Of a stretch of DNA of 16,885 bases, positions 7,835 through 16,885 are shown piece by piece (position 1 is the first letter of the stretch; each line of letters begins with the position of its first letter). The position numbers and the translations under genes were made by a program. Source of the DNA: Promethearchaeota archaeon (GTDB taxonomy: Archaea > Asgardarchaeota > Lokiarchaeia > Sigyniarchaeales > SOKP01); the NCBI GenBank assembly GCA_048938445.1, contig JBHLME010000097.1, positions 1-16,885 on the forward strand, written 5' to 3'. Below the pieces are notes generated by a model that was given only the letters and a program-made list of their open reading frames with translations, did not search any database and was not told the origin of the DNA.

Positions 7835-9343
7835 ATGGTTCAAATAGAAAAGAATATTGAATTTAAAGGAATTTCTCCCAAGCAATTAATGGAAGCTACA
7901 TATTTTGCTTCTGAAAATTTTCAAGTGAGAGCATTTTATGAAGCAAAAGAAGAAATTCTTGCTATTGGAAAATATTCAGAAAAGGAATTTTATGAAATTC
8001 TTGATTCAATGATTGATGCTGAAACCGAACGTAAGTTAGTGCTTGAAAAATTGAAAGGACATAAGGCACTTTTTTTAGCTGAGATCATTAAAATTGTAAA
8101 GGATATACCTTCAATAAATGTTATAAGAGATATAATTTATTTAAAAGAGCAGGGTTATATCAAGGAAGAAATTGAAGTTAAAATTAAAAAAGTTATTAAG
8201 AAAATCAAAGGGGAAGAAAAAGAAGTAGAAGAGAAAGAATATTTCTATAGATATAAAGTGGATAAATTACCAGGTGATTTTTTAGAACATTTTTTTGAAC
8301 CCGTTTCTATTGTTTATGAATCTGGAGTATGTTGCCAATGCGGATGGTGTTCGTCTATTTGCCCCGTGAATGCAATTACTGTTGATGCTGATTCCTTGGA
8401 AATTGACGAAAAAACTTGTATGAAATGTGGATTATGCTTTTCGGTTTGTCCTCGTTCTTTTTCAATCGATCAAGCGTATAAGAACATCAAGCAATTAGAT
8501 AAATCTTTAAAGTGGTCTGATAAAGTTGGTGCCTATGTGAACATGTACACCGCATCCACGACTAAAAATGAAATTATTAAAGTACGTCAAGATGGAGGAA
8601 TAGTCACTTCAATTTTAGAGTATTTATTAAAAAATAAAATGGTTGATGCAATCGTAGCAGTTCAACATTCAAAAGATCTTTGGAAGCCAGAACCAGTAAT
8701 TATAGAAGATATCAAGGATCTTTATAAAACAGGAGGAACAAAGTATGCTAATTCTCCTTCATTAACTATTATTGATCAATGTAAGAAATATGAGAACATT
8801 GCTTTTGTAGGAGTTCCGTGTATGATGAAGGCAATTGAAAAAGGGTCCCTTTTTCCTAGTGGTTATGAATTTTTTAAAAATATAAAATATAAAATTGGTT
8901 TATTCTGTATGGAATCATTTCCTTATGATGGTATCATTCAATTAGCACAAGAACAATTCAAGAAAGATGTGAATGAACTAACGAAGATGAATATAGGAGG
9001 AGGTAAATTTATTATTAATTTAAAATCGGGAGAACAGATGGACGTGCCTTTAAAAGATGTCCAACAATATGCCCGAGATAATTGTCATTTTTGTGAAGAT
9101 TTAACTTCTGATTATGCTGATATCTCAGTAGGATCAATTGGTTCACAAGATGGTTGGTCTTCAGTCATTACCCGCTCTAAAGAAGCAGATAAAATTTTTA
9201 ATGATGTAGTGAAATCAGGGCTGGTTGAATATAAAAATCTAAAAGATGTTAAACCAGGACAATTTTTAGTAGAGAAGATTGGAGGGACAAAACGGGACAA
9301 ATGCAAGCCTATTGTTTTACAAAAAAATGATAAAAAAGATTAA
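7835..9343 (+). CDS. FrhB/FdhB-family (coenzyme F420 hydrogenase/dehydrogenase beta subunit-like) protein with ferredoxin domain and about 150-aa N-terminal helical/wHTH-like extension
   Basis: CCQCGWCSSICP and CMKCGLCFSVCP clusters; FrhB motifs QDGGIVT, GTKY, VGVPC, IGLFCME, CHFCED, ADISVGSIGS..GWSSVITR. Confidence 0.88.
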   Translation: MVQIEKNIEFKGISPKQLMEATYFASENFQVRAFYEAKEEILAIGKYSEKEFYEILDSMIDAETERKLVLEKLKGHKALFLAEIIKIVKDIPSINVIRDIIYLKEQGYIKEEIEVKIKKVIKKIKGEEKEVEEKEYFYRYKVDKLPGDFLEHFFEPVSIVYESGVCCQCGWCSSICPVNAITVDADSLEIDEKTCMKCGLCFSVCPRSFSIDQAYKNIKQLDKSLKWSDKVGAYVNMYTASTTKNEIIKVRQDGGIVTSILEYLLKNKMVDAIVAVQHSKDLWKPEPVIIEDIKDLYKTGGTKYANSPSLTIIDQCKKYENIAFVGVPCMMKAIEKGSLFPSGYEFFKNIKYKIGLFCMESFPYDGIIQLAQEQFKKDVNELTKMNIGGGKFIINLKSGEQMDVPLKDVQQYARDNCHFCEDLTSDYADISVGSIGSQDGWSSVITRSKEADKIFNDVVKSGLVEYKNLKDVKPGQFLVEKIGGTKRDKCKPIVLQKNDKKD

Positions 9344-9347
9344 AAGT

Positions 9348-10457
9348 ATGCCAAAATCATTTCAAGATTTGATAGATGAGGTTCATTCTAAGGGAATATG
9401 CCAAGAATGTGGTGGATGTGTTAGTTTTTGTAGTTCCGCAGATTATAATATTATAGGATTTCCCAATCCTAATGCTCCACCTGAGTATATAAATAAAGAG
9501 AAGTGCCTAGAATGTGGTATTTGTTATTGTTTATGCCCCCAAACTCATTATCTTCATGATGAGTTAGATTCATACTATAAGATATCAGATTTTCATTCCA
9601 TGCCCTTAGGACAGTACCACGATGTTATTTCTTGTCAAGCTAATGATCCTGATTTTTTAAGAGTTGGAACGGATGGCGGTGTAGTAAATTCAATTATTAA
9701 TTTTTTAATTGAAGAAAAAGAGATAGATGGGGCAATAGTCTCAAAATCAGAAGCTCCTTTTTTAAGAGAAGCAACTATTGCGTATAATAAAGATGATCTG
9801 ATTAAAGCTTCAGGAGCTACTTTAAACATAACACCTCAATTAACTGAAGTACAAAAATATTGCACGTATACTCATTCTATTCCTGAATTAAACCACTATA
9901 AATTTAAAAAATTGGCAGTTGTAGGAACACCTTGTCAAATATACACGATGCGATCCATGCAAAATCTAGGTGTAACACCCTCTGAAAATATCGAAATTTG
10001 TCTAGGTTTATTTTGTTATGAAAATTTTTCTTTTGATAAATCTCAAACAGGAAAATTCGAAAAAGATTTTAATTTTAAATTTGAAGATATAAAAAAAATC
10101 AATATTAAGGAAGATGTAATATTTAAAATATCCAATAATGGTAATGAAATTAGAACAATCCATGTACCCTTTAATCATTTAACAGATTATATGCGACCCG
10201 CATGTAATGCTTGCAGTGACTTTAGTAATCTTTATGCAGATATTTCATTTGGAGGTCTTGGATCACCTGATAAATACACTACTGTAATCACCAGAACTAA
10301 GAAAGGAAAAGATCTCATTTCCAAAGCAATAAATTCAGGAATTATCAATTCTCTCGATATGGATTTAGAAAAGAAGGAAAAGGTTACTAATTTACTTACT
10401 CAGTTTGCTTTGAAAAAAATTGATAGATATTTATCTCATATGGAAATAATACAATAA
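9348..10457 (+). CDS. Second FrhB/FdhB-family protein with N-terminal 2x[4Fe-4S] domain (369 aa)
   Basis: Start revised to ATG 9348 (MPKSFQDL...), 4 nt after the upstream stop. Motifs: CQECGGCVSFC, CLECGICYCLCP, TDGGVV, VGTPCQ, GLFCYE, CNACSD, ADISFGGLGS. Confidence 0.88.
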   Translation: MPKSFQDLIDEVHSKGICQECGGCVSFCSSADYNIIGFPNPNAPPEYINKEKCLECGICYCLCPQTHYLHDELDSYYKISDFHSMPLGQYHDVISCQANDPDFLRVGTDGGVVNSIINFLIEEKEIDGAIVSKSEAPFLREATIAYNKDDLIKASGATLNITPQLTEVQKYCTYTHSIPELNHYKFKKLAVVGTPCQIYTMRSMQNLGVTPSENIEICLGLFCYENFSFDKSQTGKFEKDFNFKFEDIKKINIKEDVIFKISNNGNEIRTIHVPFNHLTDYMRPACNACSDFSNLYADISFGGLGSPDKYTTVITRTKKGKDLISKAINSGIINSLDMDLEKKEKVTNLLTQFALKKIDRYLSHMEIIQ

Positions 10458-10465
10458 AAAAAAGA

Positions 10466-11725
10466 GTGAATACCATAACTGAAATTAGTAAAAAGACTAA
10501 ACAAGGGGAAAGTGAACAAGTAGAAAGAGAAATTTTACCTGATTTAAAGGACCTTTTAAAAAGGTGTTATCAATGTGGAAGATGTTCAGGAGTTTGCCAA
10601 CTTTCAAAAGTCGAAAAATTTACTCCAAGCAAGATTATTCAACTTATCTTGGAAGGATTTGAAGAAAAAGTATTAAATAGTGGAATTCTATGGGATTGTT
10701 TAACTTGTAATCATTGCCTTCAAAATTGCCCTCAAAATATAAATTTTGCCGATGTAGTGAGAATCGCGCGCTATAAAATGAGTAAACTCAAAAAGCAGAA
10801 TGTGGATGATTATATAGCCCATAAAGGAATGTATACTACAATTTCTGAAATAATGAGCAAAAGCAACATCCAACCAAAGAGAAATCTTGACTGGATTCCT
10901 AAGAATGTGAAAGTGTCTCATGAAAAAGGAGATATTTTATATTATGTAGGGTGTCTACCCTATTTTAATTATGAATTTGAAAATATTAACCCCATTGCCG
11001 AAAATACTTTAAAATTAATATCCAAAATTGAAAATAAAGAAATTTTAGTTTTTAAGGATGAAATATGCTGTGGACATGATATTTATTGGGGTCAGGGAAA
11101 AATAGATGAATTTATAAATTTAGCTAAAAAAAATATAAAAAAATTTGATGACGCAAAAATTTCAACGATAATTACGGCATGTGCCGAGTGTTATAGAACT
11201 TTCTTAGTAGACTACCCCAAAATTTTTAATAATTTTAAAGAACGATTTGAAGTTAAACATATAATTGAATATATTTATGATAATTGGAAAAATAATAAAA
11301 TAAAATTTAAAATTCCTAAAAAAAGTAAACAGGTACATTTTACATTTCATGATCCTTGTCGTTTAAGTCGATTTTTACCTAAGGATAATATGATTTTAGA
11401 AGAAAGTCGTGAGATTTTTAATTTCTTAAAAAAATTAGGATATAATTTTAAAGAAATGACTCATAACAAAGAAAATTCGCTTTGTTGTGGTGTTAGTTCT
11501 TGGATGAATTGTAATGAAAAATCCAAAGCTTTAAGATATAAGCGAATGCTTGAGGCTAAAGATGCTGGAGAAGTCATGGTAACTTCATGTCCAAAATGTC
11601 GAATTCATTTCCAATGCCTTCAAAATGATTATGAAAATATCGCTTCTATTCAAATATTAGATTTCTCTGAATTCTTAGTAGACCTTGTGGAACCAATTAA
11701 CCCAAATACGAAAAATGGTGGTTAA
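10466..11725 (+). CDS. HdrD/GlpC-like Fe-S oxidoreductase (HdrC-like 2x[4Fe-4S] plus two CCG domains)
   Basis: CYQCGRCSGVC and CLTCNHCLQNCP; CCG domain 1 YYVGC...CCG...CAEC; CCG domain 2 FHDPC...CCG...CPKC. GTG start; no TM segments. Confidence 0.88.
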   Translation: MNTITEISKKTKQGESEQVEREILPDLKDLLKRCYQCGRCSGVCQLSKVEKFTPSKIIQLILEGFEEKVLNSGILWDCLTCNHCLQNCPQNINFADVVRIARYKMSKLKKQNVDDYIAHKGMYTTISEIMSKSNIQPKRNLDWIPKNVKVSHEKGDILYYVGCLPYFNYEFENINPIAENTLKLISKIENKEILVFKDEICCGHDIYWGQGKIDEFINLAKKNIKKFDDAKISTIITACAECYRTFLVDYPKIFNNFKERFEVKHIIEYIYDNWKNNKIKFKIPKKSKQVHFTFHDPCRLSRFLPKDNMILEESREIFNFLKKLGYNFKEMTHNKENSLCCGVSSWMNCNEKSKALRYKRMLEAKDAGEVMVTSCPKCRIHFQCLQNDYENIASIQILDFSEFLVDLVEPINPNTKNGG

Positions 11726-11727
11726 AA

Positions 11728-14700
11728 ATGATGGAGGGGGCAGTATTAGTTATTGGAGGTGGGATTGCCGGAATCCAAACTTCCTTAGACTTAACAGAAT
11801 TGGGTTATAAAGTTTATCTTGTCGAAAAATCACCTTCAATTGGTGGGCGCATGGCTCAACTTGATAAAACATTTCCAACCAATGATTGTAGTTTATGCAT
11901 ATTAGCACCTAAAATGGTAGAGGTCTTTAGAAATCCTAATATTGAATTAATGACGTACCATGAAGTTAAAAAGGTTTCAGGAAAACCCGGAAATTTTACT
12001 GCAACTATCTTAAAAAAACCTCGATATGTAGATGAAAATAAATGTAAAGGATGTGGTGATTGTGCATCCAAGTGCCCAAAAATCGAAGTTCCTAATATTT
12101 TCGATATGAATTTGGGTAAAAGAAAATCTATATATATCCCATTCCCTCAAGCCGTTCCTCCCATATATGTAATAGATCCTGAATTATGCTTGAAATTAAC
12201 CAAAGGGGTGTGCGGAGTATGCAGTAAAGTATGTCAAGCAGATGCTATTAATTATGAGCAAAAACCTAAGGATATTCAAATTAAAGTGGGTGCAATTGTC
12301 GTTGCTACTGGTTTTGACATGCCAGCAGAAAAATTATCATCACGGTGGGGATATCAATACAAAAATGTTGTTTCTGCTTTAGAATATGAACGAATTTTAT
12401 GTGCCTCAGGTCCTTTTGGTGGTCATGTATTGCGACCTAGCGATCAAGAAGAACCCATAAATATTGCTTTTATTCAGTGTGCGGGTTCAAGAGACTTACA
12501 TGAAGGTGTTCCCTATTGTTCTAGTGTTTGTTGCATGTATACCGCGAAGGAGGCAATCATTACTCAAGAACATTCTGAAAATTCTAATTGTTTTGTTTTT
12601 AGACATGACATACGTGCCTATGGAAAGAATTTTTATGAGTTTACTGAACGTGCTCAAGAAGAATATGGTGTGAAGTATTTTCAAACGAAAATTAGCAAGA
12701 TAAATGAAGATCCTGAAACAAAAGATTTACTCATCCATTATGAAAATTTAAAGACAGGAAAATTCGAACAATTTAGGGCAAATCTGGTTGTTCTAGCAAC
12801 ACCTTTAGTACCTTCAGCAGGAAATAATGATTTAGCAGGAATTTTAGGTGTTGAATTAGATGAATATGGTTTTTTTAAAGAACGATCTTATTTTAACAAA
12901 TCAATGTCCTCTAAAGAGGGAATATTTTTATGTGGATTTTGTCAAGGTCCAATGGATATTCCTGAAACCGTTGCTGATTCTAGCGGTGTCGCATCTCAAG
13001 TTGCATCTTTACTTCATTCAGTATCATATACACAATTAGAAGATAACATACCTGAAATCGAAGAAAAGGAGGTTTTACAATCAGATGAGCCTCGCATTGG
13101 AGTTTTAATTTGTCATTGTGGAATAAATATTGGTAAGTACGTAGAGGTTCCAAGTGTAGCCGAATACGTAAGAACATTACCCAATGTTATTTATTGCGAG
13201 GATAATTTATATTCCTGCAGTTCTGACTCTCAAGCAAGGATAAAGGAAGTAATTAATGAATATAAATTAAATAGGTTTATCGTAGCATCTTGTACTCCTA
13301 GAACTCATGAAGCATTATTTCAAGAAACTTGTGTTGAAGCAGGCTTGAATAAATATTTATTCGAAATGGTGAACATCCGTGATCAATGTTCTTGGGTCCA
13401 CATGGAAGAACATGAAGCCGCAACTCAAAAGGCTAAAGATCTCATTAGAATGGCTGTAGCTAAAGCAAGATTACTAGAACCGTTGAAAGAGGAAGAAATT
13501 GAGATTGCCCCCACTGCCCTAGTTATTGGTGGTGGAATTTCTGGAATGACAGCCGCATTAAATATTGCAAGTCAGAATTTTAAGGTATTTCTTGTTGAAA
13601 AGGAGAATGAATTAGGGGGCAATTTAAGGTATCTCAACCTGTTATACCCTGTAAGTTATGATGCTAATGCATTTCTCGATGAGACTATTTTAAAGGTAAA
13701 AAAAAATAAAAACATAGAAGTGTTTCTTAGTTCTAATATTAAAGATATTAAAGGTTATATTGGTAATTATAATGTCTCAGTGTTAGATGAGAAGGATAAA
13801 ATTCATGAATTAACCATTGGGACTATTATTGTCGCAACAGGTACTTTAGAGCATAAACCTCTTGGTCTCTTTGAATATAATGAAGGTAATAATAATGTTA
13901 TTACTCAATTGGAGATGGAACAAAAACTTAAATCTAAAGATAAATCTTGGCTTGAGAATATAAATCGAATAACAACTATTCTATGCGTAAATGCTAGGCA
14001 GAAAGAAGGAATTACATATTGCTCTAATGTATGTTGTGGAAATGCAATTAAAAATATTAGTTATCTTAAAGAATTAAAACCAGAGTTAGAAATTGTCGTG
14101 CTCTATAGAGATCTTCAAATGGCTAAGAAAAAATATGAAGAATATTATCGAAATCGTAGAAAAAATGCTATATTTCTGAGATATGATCTCGATAATCCGC
14201 CTGTTGTTTTTAAAAAGAGTAAAAAGCCTGAAAGTTATCAAATTAAAGTATTTGATACGAATTTACAGGAACAAATTGAATTTGAGACAGATTTAATAGT
14301 TCTTTCGACACCGATGATTCCACCAGATAATAAAGAATTAGCTAAAATGTTAAAGGTTCCAATGGATCGAAATGGTTTCTTTTTGGAAGCTCATGTCAAA
14401 TTAAGACCATTAGATTTTGCTACTGATGGAATTTTCTTGTGTGGGTGTGCACAATGGCCAAAAAATATTCAAGATTCGATTTCGCAAGCAAACGGAGCAG
14501 CGGGGAGGGCAAGTAGATTTTTAAATGCTAAGACAATAAAGACTTCTGGGATTGTTGCGGAATCAAATCCTATATCTTGCATCGGTTGTGGGCAATGTGT
14601 TGATGTATGTCCTTATAATGCTATAGAACTTGTAGTTGCAATAAAAGAATTTGAAGATATTAATATCTCTACAAACAAATCATTTATCAATCCTGCTTTA

Positions 14701-15207
14701 TGTAAAGGATGTGGAACATGTGCTGCAACATGTCCTAATGGTGCAATTTCCATAAAACATTATGATTTTGATCAAATTACAGCGATGATAGAATCATATT
14801 TCAATCCCGAGATTTTAGTATTCTGTTGTAATTGGTGTTCTTATGCTGGCGCTGATTTGGCAGGAGTTTCTAGATTTCAATATCCTCCTAACATGCGAAT
14901 TGTTAGAGTAATGTGTTCAGGAAGAGTAGATCCTTCATTTATCTTAAAAGCTTTTAAAGATGGTGCTGATGGTGTGTTAGTCAGTGGTTGCCATATAGGT
15001 GATTGTCATTATATATCAGGAAATGAATATACAAAAGAGCGGTTTGAGAGACTCCATGAGATAATTATTAAGCAATTAGGAATTAATGAAAAAAGATTAA
15101 GGCTTGAATGGGTAAGTGCTTCTGAAGGTAAACGTTTCGCAGATTTAATCACTGAATTTACTCATCAAATCAAAGAGTTAGGACCTTTTGAATCAGCTTC
15201 AAATTAA
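11728..15207 (+). CDS. hdrA: Large HdrA-like protein with two FAD-binding modules fused to a C-terminal MvhD domain (all-Cys)
   Basis: Domain order: GGGIAG + TNDCSLC + inserted ferredoxin + CAGSR..CSSVCC; internal RIGVLICHCG...YSCS...ASCTPRTHE...RDQCSWVH domain; second GGGISG module with CSNVCC; C-terminal 2x[4Fe-4S]; MvhD domain from about 14803 (FCCNWCSYAGADLAG...MCSGRVD...GCHIGDCHY). Confidence 0.92.
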   Translation: MMEGAVLVIGGGIAGIQTSLDLTELGYKVYLVEKSPSIGGRMAQLDKTFPTNDCSLCILAPKMVEVFRNPNIELMTYHEVKKVSGKPGNFTATILKKPRYVDENKCKGCGDCASKCPKIEVPNIFDMNLGKRKSIYIPFPQAVPPIYVIDPELCLKLTKGVCGVCSKVCQADAINYEQKPKDIQIKVGAIVVATGFDMPAEKLSSRWGYQYKNVVSALEYERILCASGPFGGHVLRPSDQEEPINIAFIQCAGSRDLHEGVPYCSSVCCMYTAKEAIITQEHSENSNCFVFRHDIRAYGKNFYEFTERAQEEYGVKYFQTKISKINEDPETKDLLIHYENLKTGKFEQFRANLVVLATPLVPSAGNNDLAGILGVELDEYGFFKERSYFNKSMSSKEGIFLCGFCQGPMDIPETVADSSGVASQVASLLHSVSYTQLEDNIPEIEEKEVLQSDEPRIGVLICHCGINIGKYVEVPSVAEYVRTLPNVIYCEDNLYSCSSDSQARIKEVINEYKLNRFIVASCTPRTHEALFQETCVEAGLNKYLFEMVNIRDQCSWVHMEEHEAATQKAKDLIRMAVAKARLLEPLKEEEIEIAPTALVIGGGISGMTAALNIASQNFKVFLVEKENELGGNLRYLNLLYPVSYDANAFLDETILKVKKNKNIEVFLSSNIKDIKGYIGNYNVSVLDEKDKIHELTIGTIIVATGTLEHKPLGLFEYNEGNNNVITQLEMEQKLKSKDKSWLENINRITTILCVNARQKEGITYCSNVCCGNAIKNISYLKELKPELEIVVLYRDLQMAKKKYEEYYRNRRKNAIFLRYDLDNPPVVFKKSKKPESYQIKVFDTNLQEQIEFETDLIVLSTPMIPPDNKELAKMLKVPMDRNGFFLEAHVKLRPLDFATDGIFLCGCAQWPKNIQDSISQANGAAGRASRFLNAKTIKTSGIVAESNPISCIGCGQCVDVCPYNAIELVVAIKEFEDINISTNKSFINPALCKGCGTCAATCPNGAISIKHYDFDQITAMIESYFNPEILVFCCNWCSYAGADLAGVSRFQYPPNMRIVRVMCSGRVDPSFILKAFKDGADGVLVSGCHIGDCHYISGNEYTKERFERLHEIIIKQLGINEKRLRLEWVSASEGKRFADLITEFTHQIKELGPFESASN

Positions 15208-15216
15208 GAGAAATTA

Positions 15217-16885
15217 TTAATTAATATAATTGATTCTTCCCTCTAAAAGAATATTTCTTGAAGAATTTCCTATAATAATTAAAAATTCTCCATTCTCAAC
15301 TTTCCATGTTTTTGAATTTTCGTCAAAGAAGATAAGATCCTTTTTCCCTAATTCAAAATTGATTTTTATCTTATCACCCGCCTCAAGATATACCTTCTTG
15401 AATCCTTTTAATTCTTTTAATGGTCTTTTAGAGGTACATTCTACATCTTTAATATATAATTGAACAACTTCAGAACCAGCTCTTTTTCCCGTATTTTTTA
15501 CCTCTAATTCTACTTTAAATTCCTCTTCCCCTGATATTTGCGTTTTATCAATACTTAGATTCTCAAATTCAAATGTCGTATAAGATAGACCATGTCCGAA
15601 TGGAAATAATGGATCTATATTAAAGGTATCGAAATATCGATATCCGACAAAAATCCCTTCTTCGTAATAAACTTTATCTTGATGGTTTGATTTAATGATA
15701 ATTCCCTTATTATGTTTTAAAATCTCAATATCTCCTTCTTTTATCGAGCTCCAATCTTTTAATCCAGGATAAGTTCTAAATGATTTATGAGCAGGTGAAT
15801 CTTGAAGATTTTTAGGAAAAGTTATAGGTAATTTTCCTGATGGATTGACATCACCGAAAAGAATATTAGCAATTGCATTTCCTCCTTCCATTCCAGCATA
15901 CCACATCATGACAATTCCAGGTACTTGATCTGCCCAATTATTCATTTCAATTGGATTGCCACCTATTAGTACTACAATAGTTTTTTTATTTTGTTTAACA
16001 CAATTGTTAATTAAATTAATTTGTTCTTTAGGTAATCCTAAAATAATTCTATCTTTATTCTCTCGATCCATATATTTTCCATGACTTAATCCTGCAAATA
16101 TTACTACTGCGTCTGCTTTTGAAAGAGATTTTGTTATTTTAATCCTTTTTTCTTTGCATTTTAATTTCATTCCTTTGAGCGGAGTTATCTCATATTTAGC
16201 TCGAACAGTAGAACTCCCCCCTCCTCTTGAATGTTTTTTCTTTAAATTTGGTCCTATTAATGCTATGCTTTTGATGTTCTCATTATCTAAAGGTAATATA
16301 TTATCTTGATTTTTTAAAAGTACTATACCTTCTTCAGCAATTTTTAAAGCAAGATTTTGATGTTCGACTGTATTCCTATTCCCAGGGGGAATATTTTCTT
16401 CTTTATCAAGCATTCCTACTAAAAAACATACTCTCAAATAACGCTTTATATTGTCATTAAAAAAATCAATTAGTTTTTCTTCTTTTTCTAAGGCTTTTTT
16501 GATCCTTCTTTTCCTATAGCAAATAGCGAAAGGCATTTCAAGAGATAAACCTGCCTTAATGCATCCTTTTGTATCTGTAAAGCGTGTTGCAAACCAATCA
16601 GATACTAAAAATCCCTTGAATTTCCATTCATCCATTAAGGTCTCTCTTATTAAATTATAATGTTCACATCCATAAATTCCATTTAATCTATTATAACATG
16701 CCATAAATGACCAAGCATCTGCTTCCTTAACTGTCGCTTTAAATGCAGGATAATATATCTCTTGAAGTGCTCGCTCTGATACTTCAGTACTTATCTTATA
16801 CCGGTTATATTCTTGATTATTAGCAGCAAAATGTTTTATACAAGTTGAAATTCGCTTACTTTGAACTCCTTTGGTTAATTCAACG
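15217..16885 (-). CDS. Glycoside hydrolase family 3 (beta-glucosidase-like), 5' end outside the window
   Basis: The frame stays open from 16704 to the window edge (VELTKGVQSKRISTCIKHFAANNQEYNR...ERALQEIYYPAF...WSFMACYN). GH3 motifs: KHF, SDW nucleophile, GIVLLKN, PSGKLPITFP, YEEGIFVGYRYF, PFGHGLSYTTF, and a C-terminal Fn3-like domain. Confidence 0.95.
   Translation of the reverse strand, partial: VELTKGVQSKRISTCIKHFAANNQEYNRYKISTEVSERALQEIYYPAFKATVKEADAWSFMACYNRLNGIYGCEHYNLIRETLMDEWKFKGFLVSDWFATRFTDTKGCIKAGLSLEMPFAICYRKRRIKKALEKEEKLIDFFNDNIKRYLRVCFLVGMLDKEENIPPGNRNTVEHQNLALKIAEEGIVLLKNQDNILPLDNENIKSIALIGPNLKKKHSRGGGSSTVRAKYEITPLKGMKLKCKEKRIKITKSLSKADAVVIFAGLSHGKYMDRENKDRIILGLPKEQINLINNCVKQNKKTIVVLIGGNPIEMNNWADQVPGIVMMWYAGMEGGNAIANILFGDVNPSGKLPITFPKNLQDSPAHKSFRTYPGLKDWSSIKEGDIEILKHNKGIIIKSNHQDKVYYEEGIFVGYRYFDTFNIDPLFPFGHGLSYTTFEFENLSIDKTQISGEEEFKVELEVKNTGKRAGSEVVQLYIKDVECTSKRPLKELKGFKKVYLEAGDKIKINFELGKKDLIFFDENSKTWKVENGEFLIIIGNSSRNILLEGRINYIN

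Noticed and set aside
9279-9347. ORF-track start at 9279 for the second FrhB protein
   Set aside because: It would overlap the upstream gene by 65 nt with a non-family sequence. ATG 9348 gives a typical N-terminus.
1557-15463. Short ORFs (60-103 aa) in the ORF track, such as 1557..1811, 2061..2372, 5172..5444, 5635..5817, 6394..6609, 12464..12673 and 15230..15463
   Set aside because: They are antisense or off-frame shadows of well-supported genes, or AT-rich intergenic sequence with no motifs.
484-16885. Genome-wide UGA reassignment (Trp/Gly/Cys)
   Set aside because: In-frame TGA is confined to two known selenoprotein families. The other Cys- and Trp-rich genes contain no in-frame TGA.

Overview
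Low-GC archaeal-type window, most likely Asgard (Lokiarchaeia-like); this is inferred from gene content and a eukaryote-type SECIS, not from a database search. The left part holds a 7-TM membrane protein, a wHTH regulator and two extended-SDR (NAD-dependent epimerase/dehydratase family) genes. The core (5345-15207) is a tightly packed six-gene redox operon that the ORF track fragments or misses. It starts with a selenoprotein HdrA with FOUR in-frame TGA codons (5345-7282) and a selenoprotein MvhD/VhuD with two in-frame TGA codons (7288-7749, absent from the ORF track). A eukaryote-like SECIS hairpin follows, whose core UGA is the mvhD stop codon. Then come two FrhB-family (F420-interacting) proteins, an HdrD-like CCG protein and an all-cysteine double-flavin HdrA-MvhD fusion. 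All six internal TGAs align, with identical spacing, to Cys codons of the fused paralog in the same operon. A convergent GH3 beta-glucosidase runs off the right edge.
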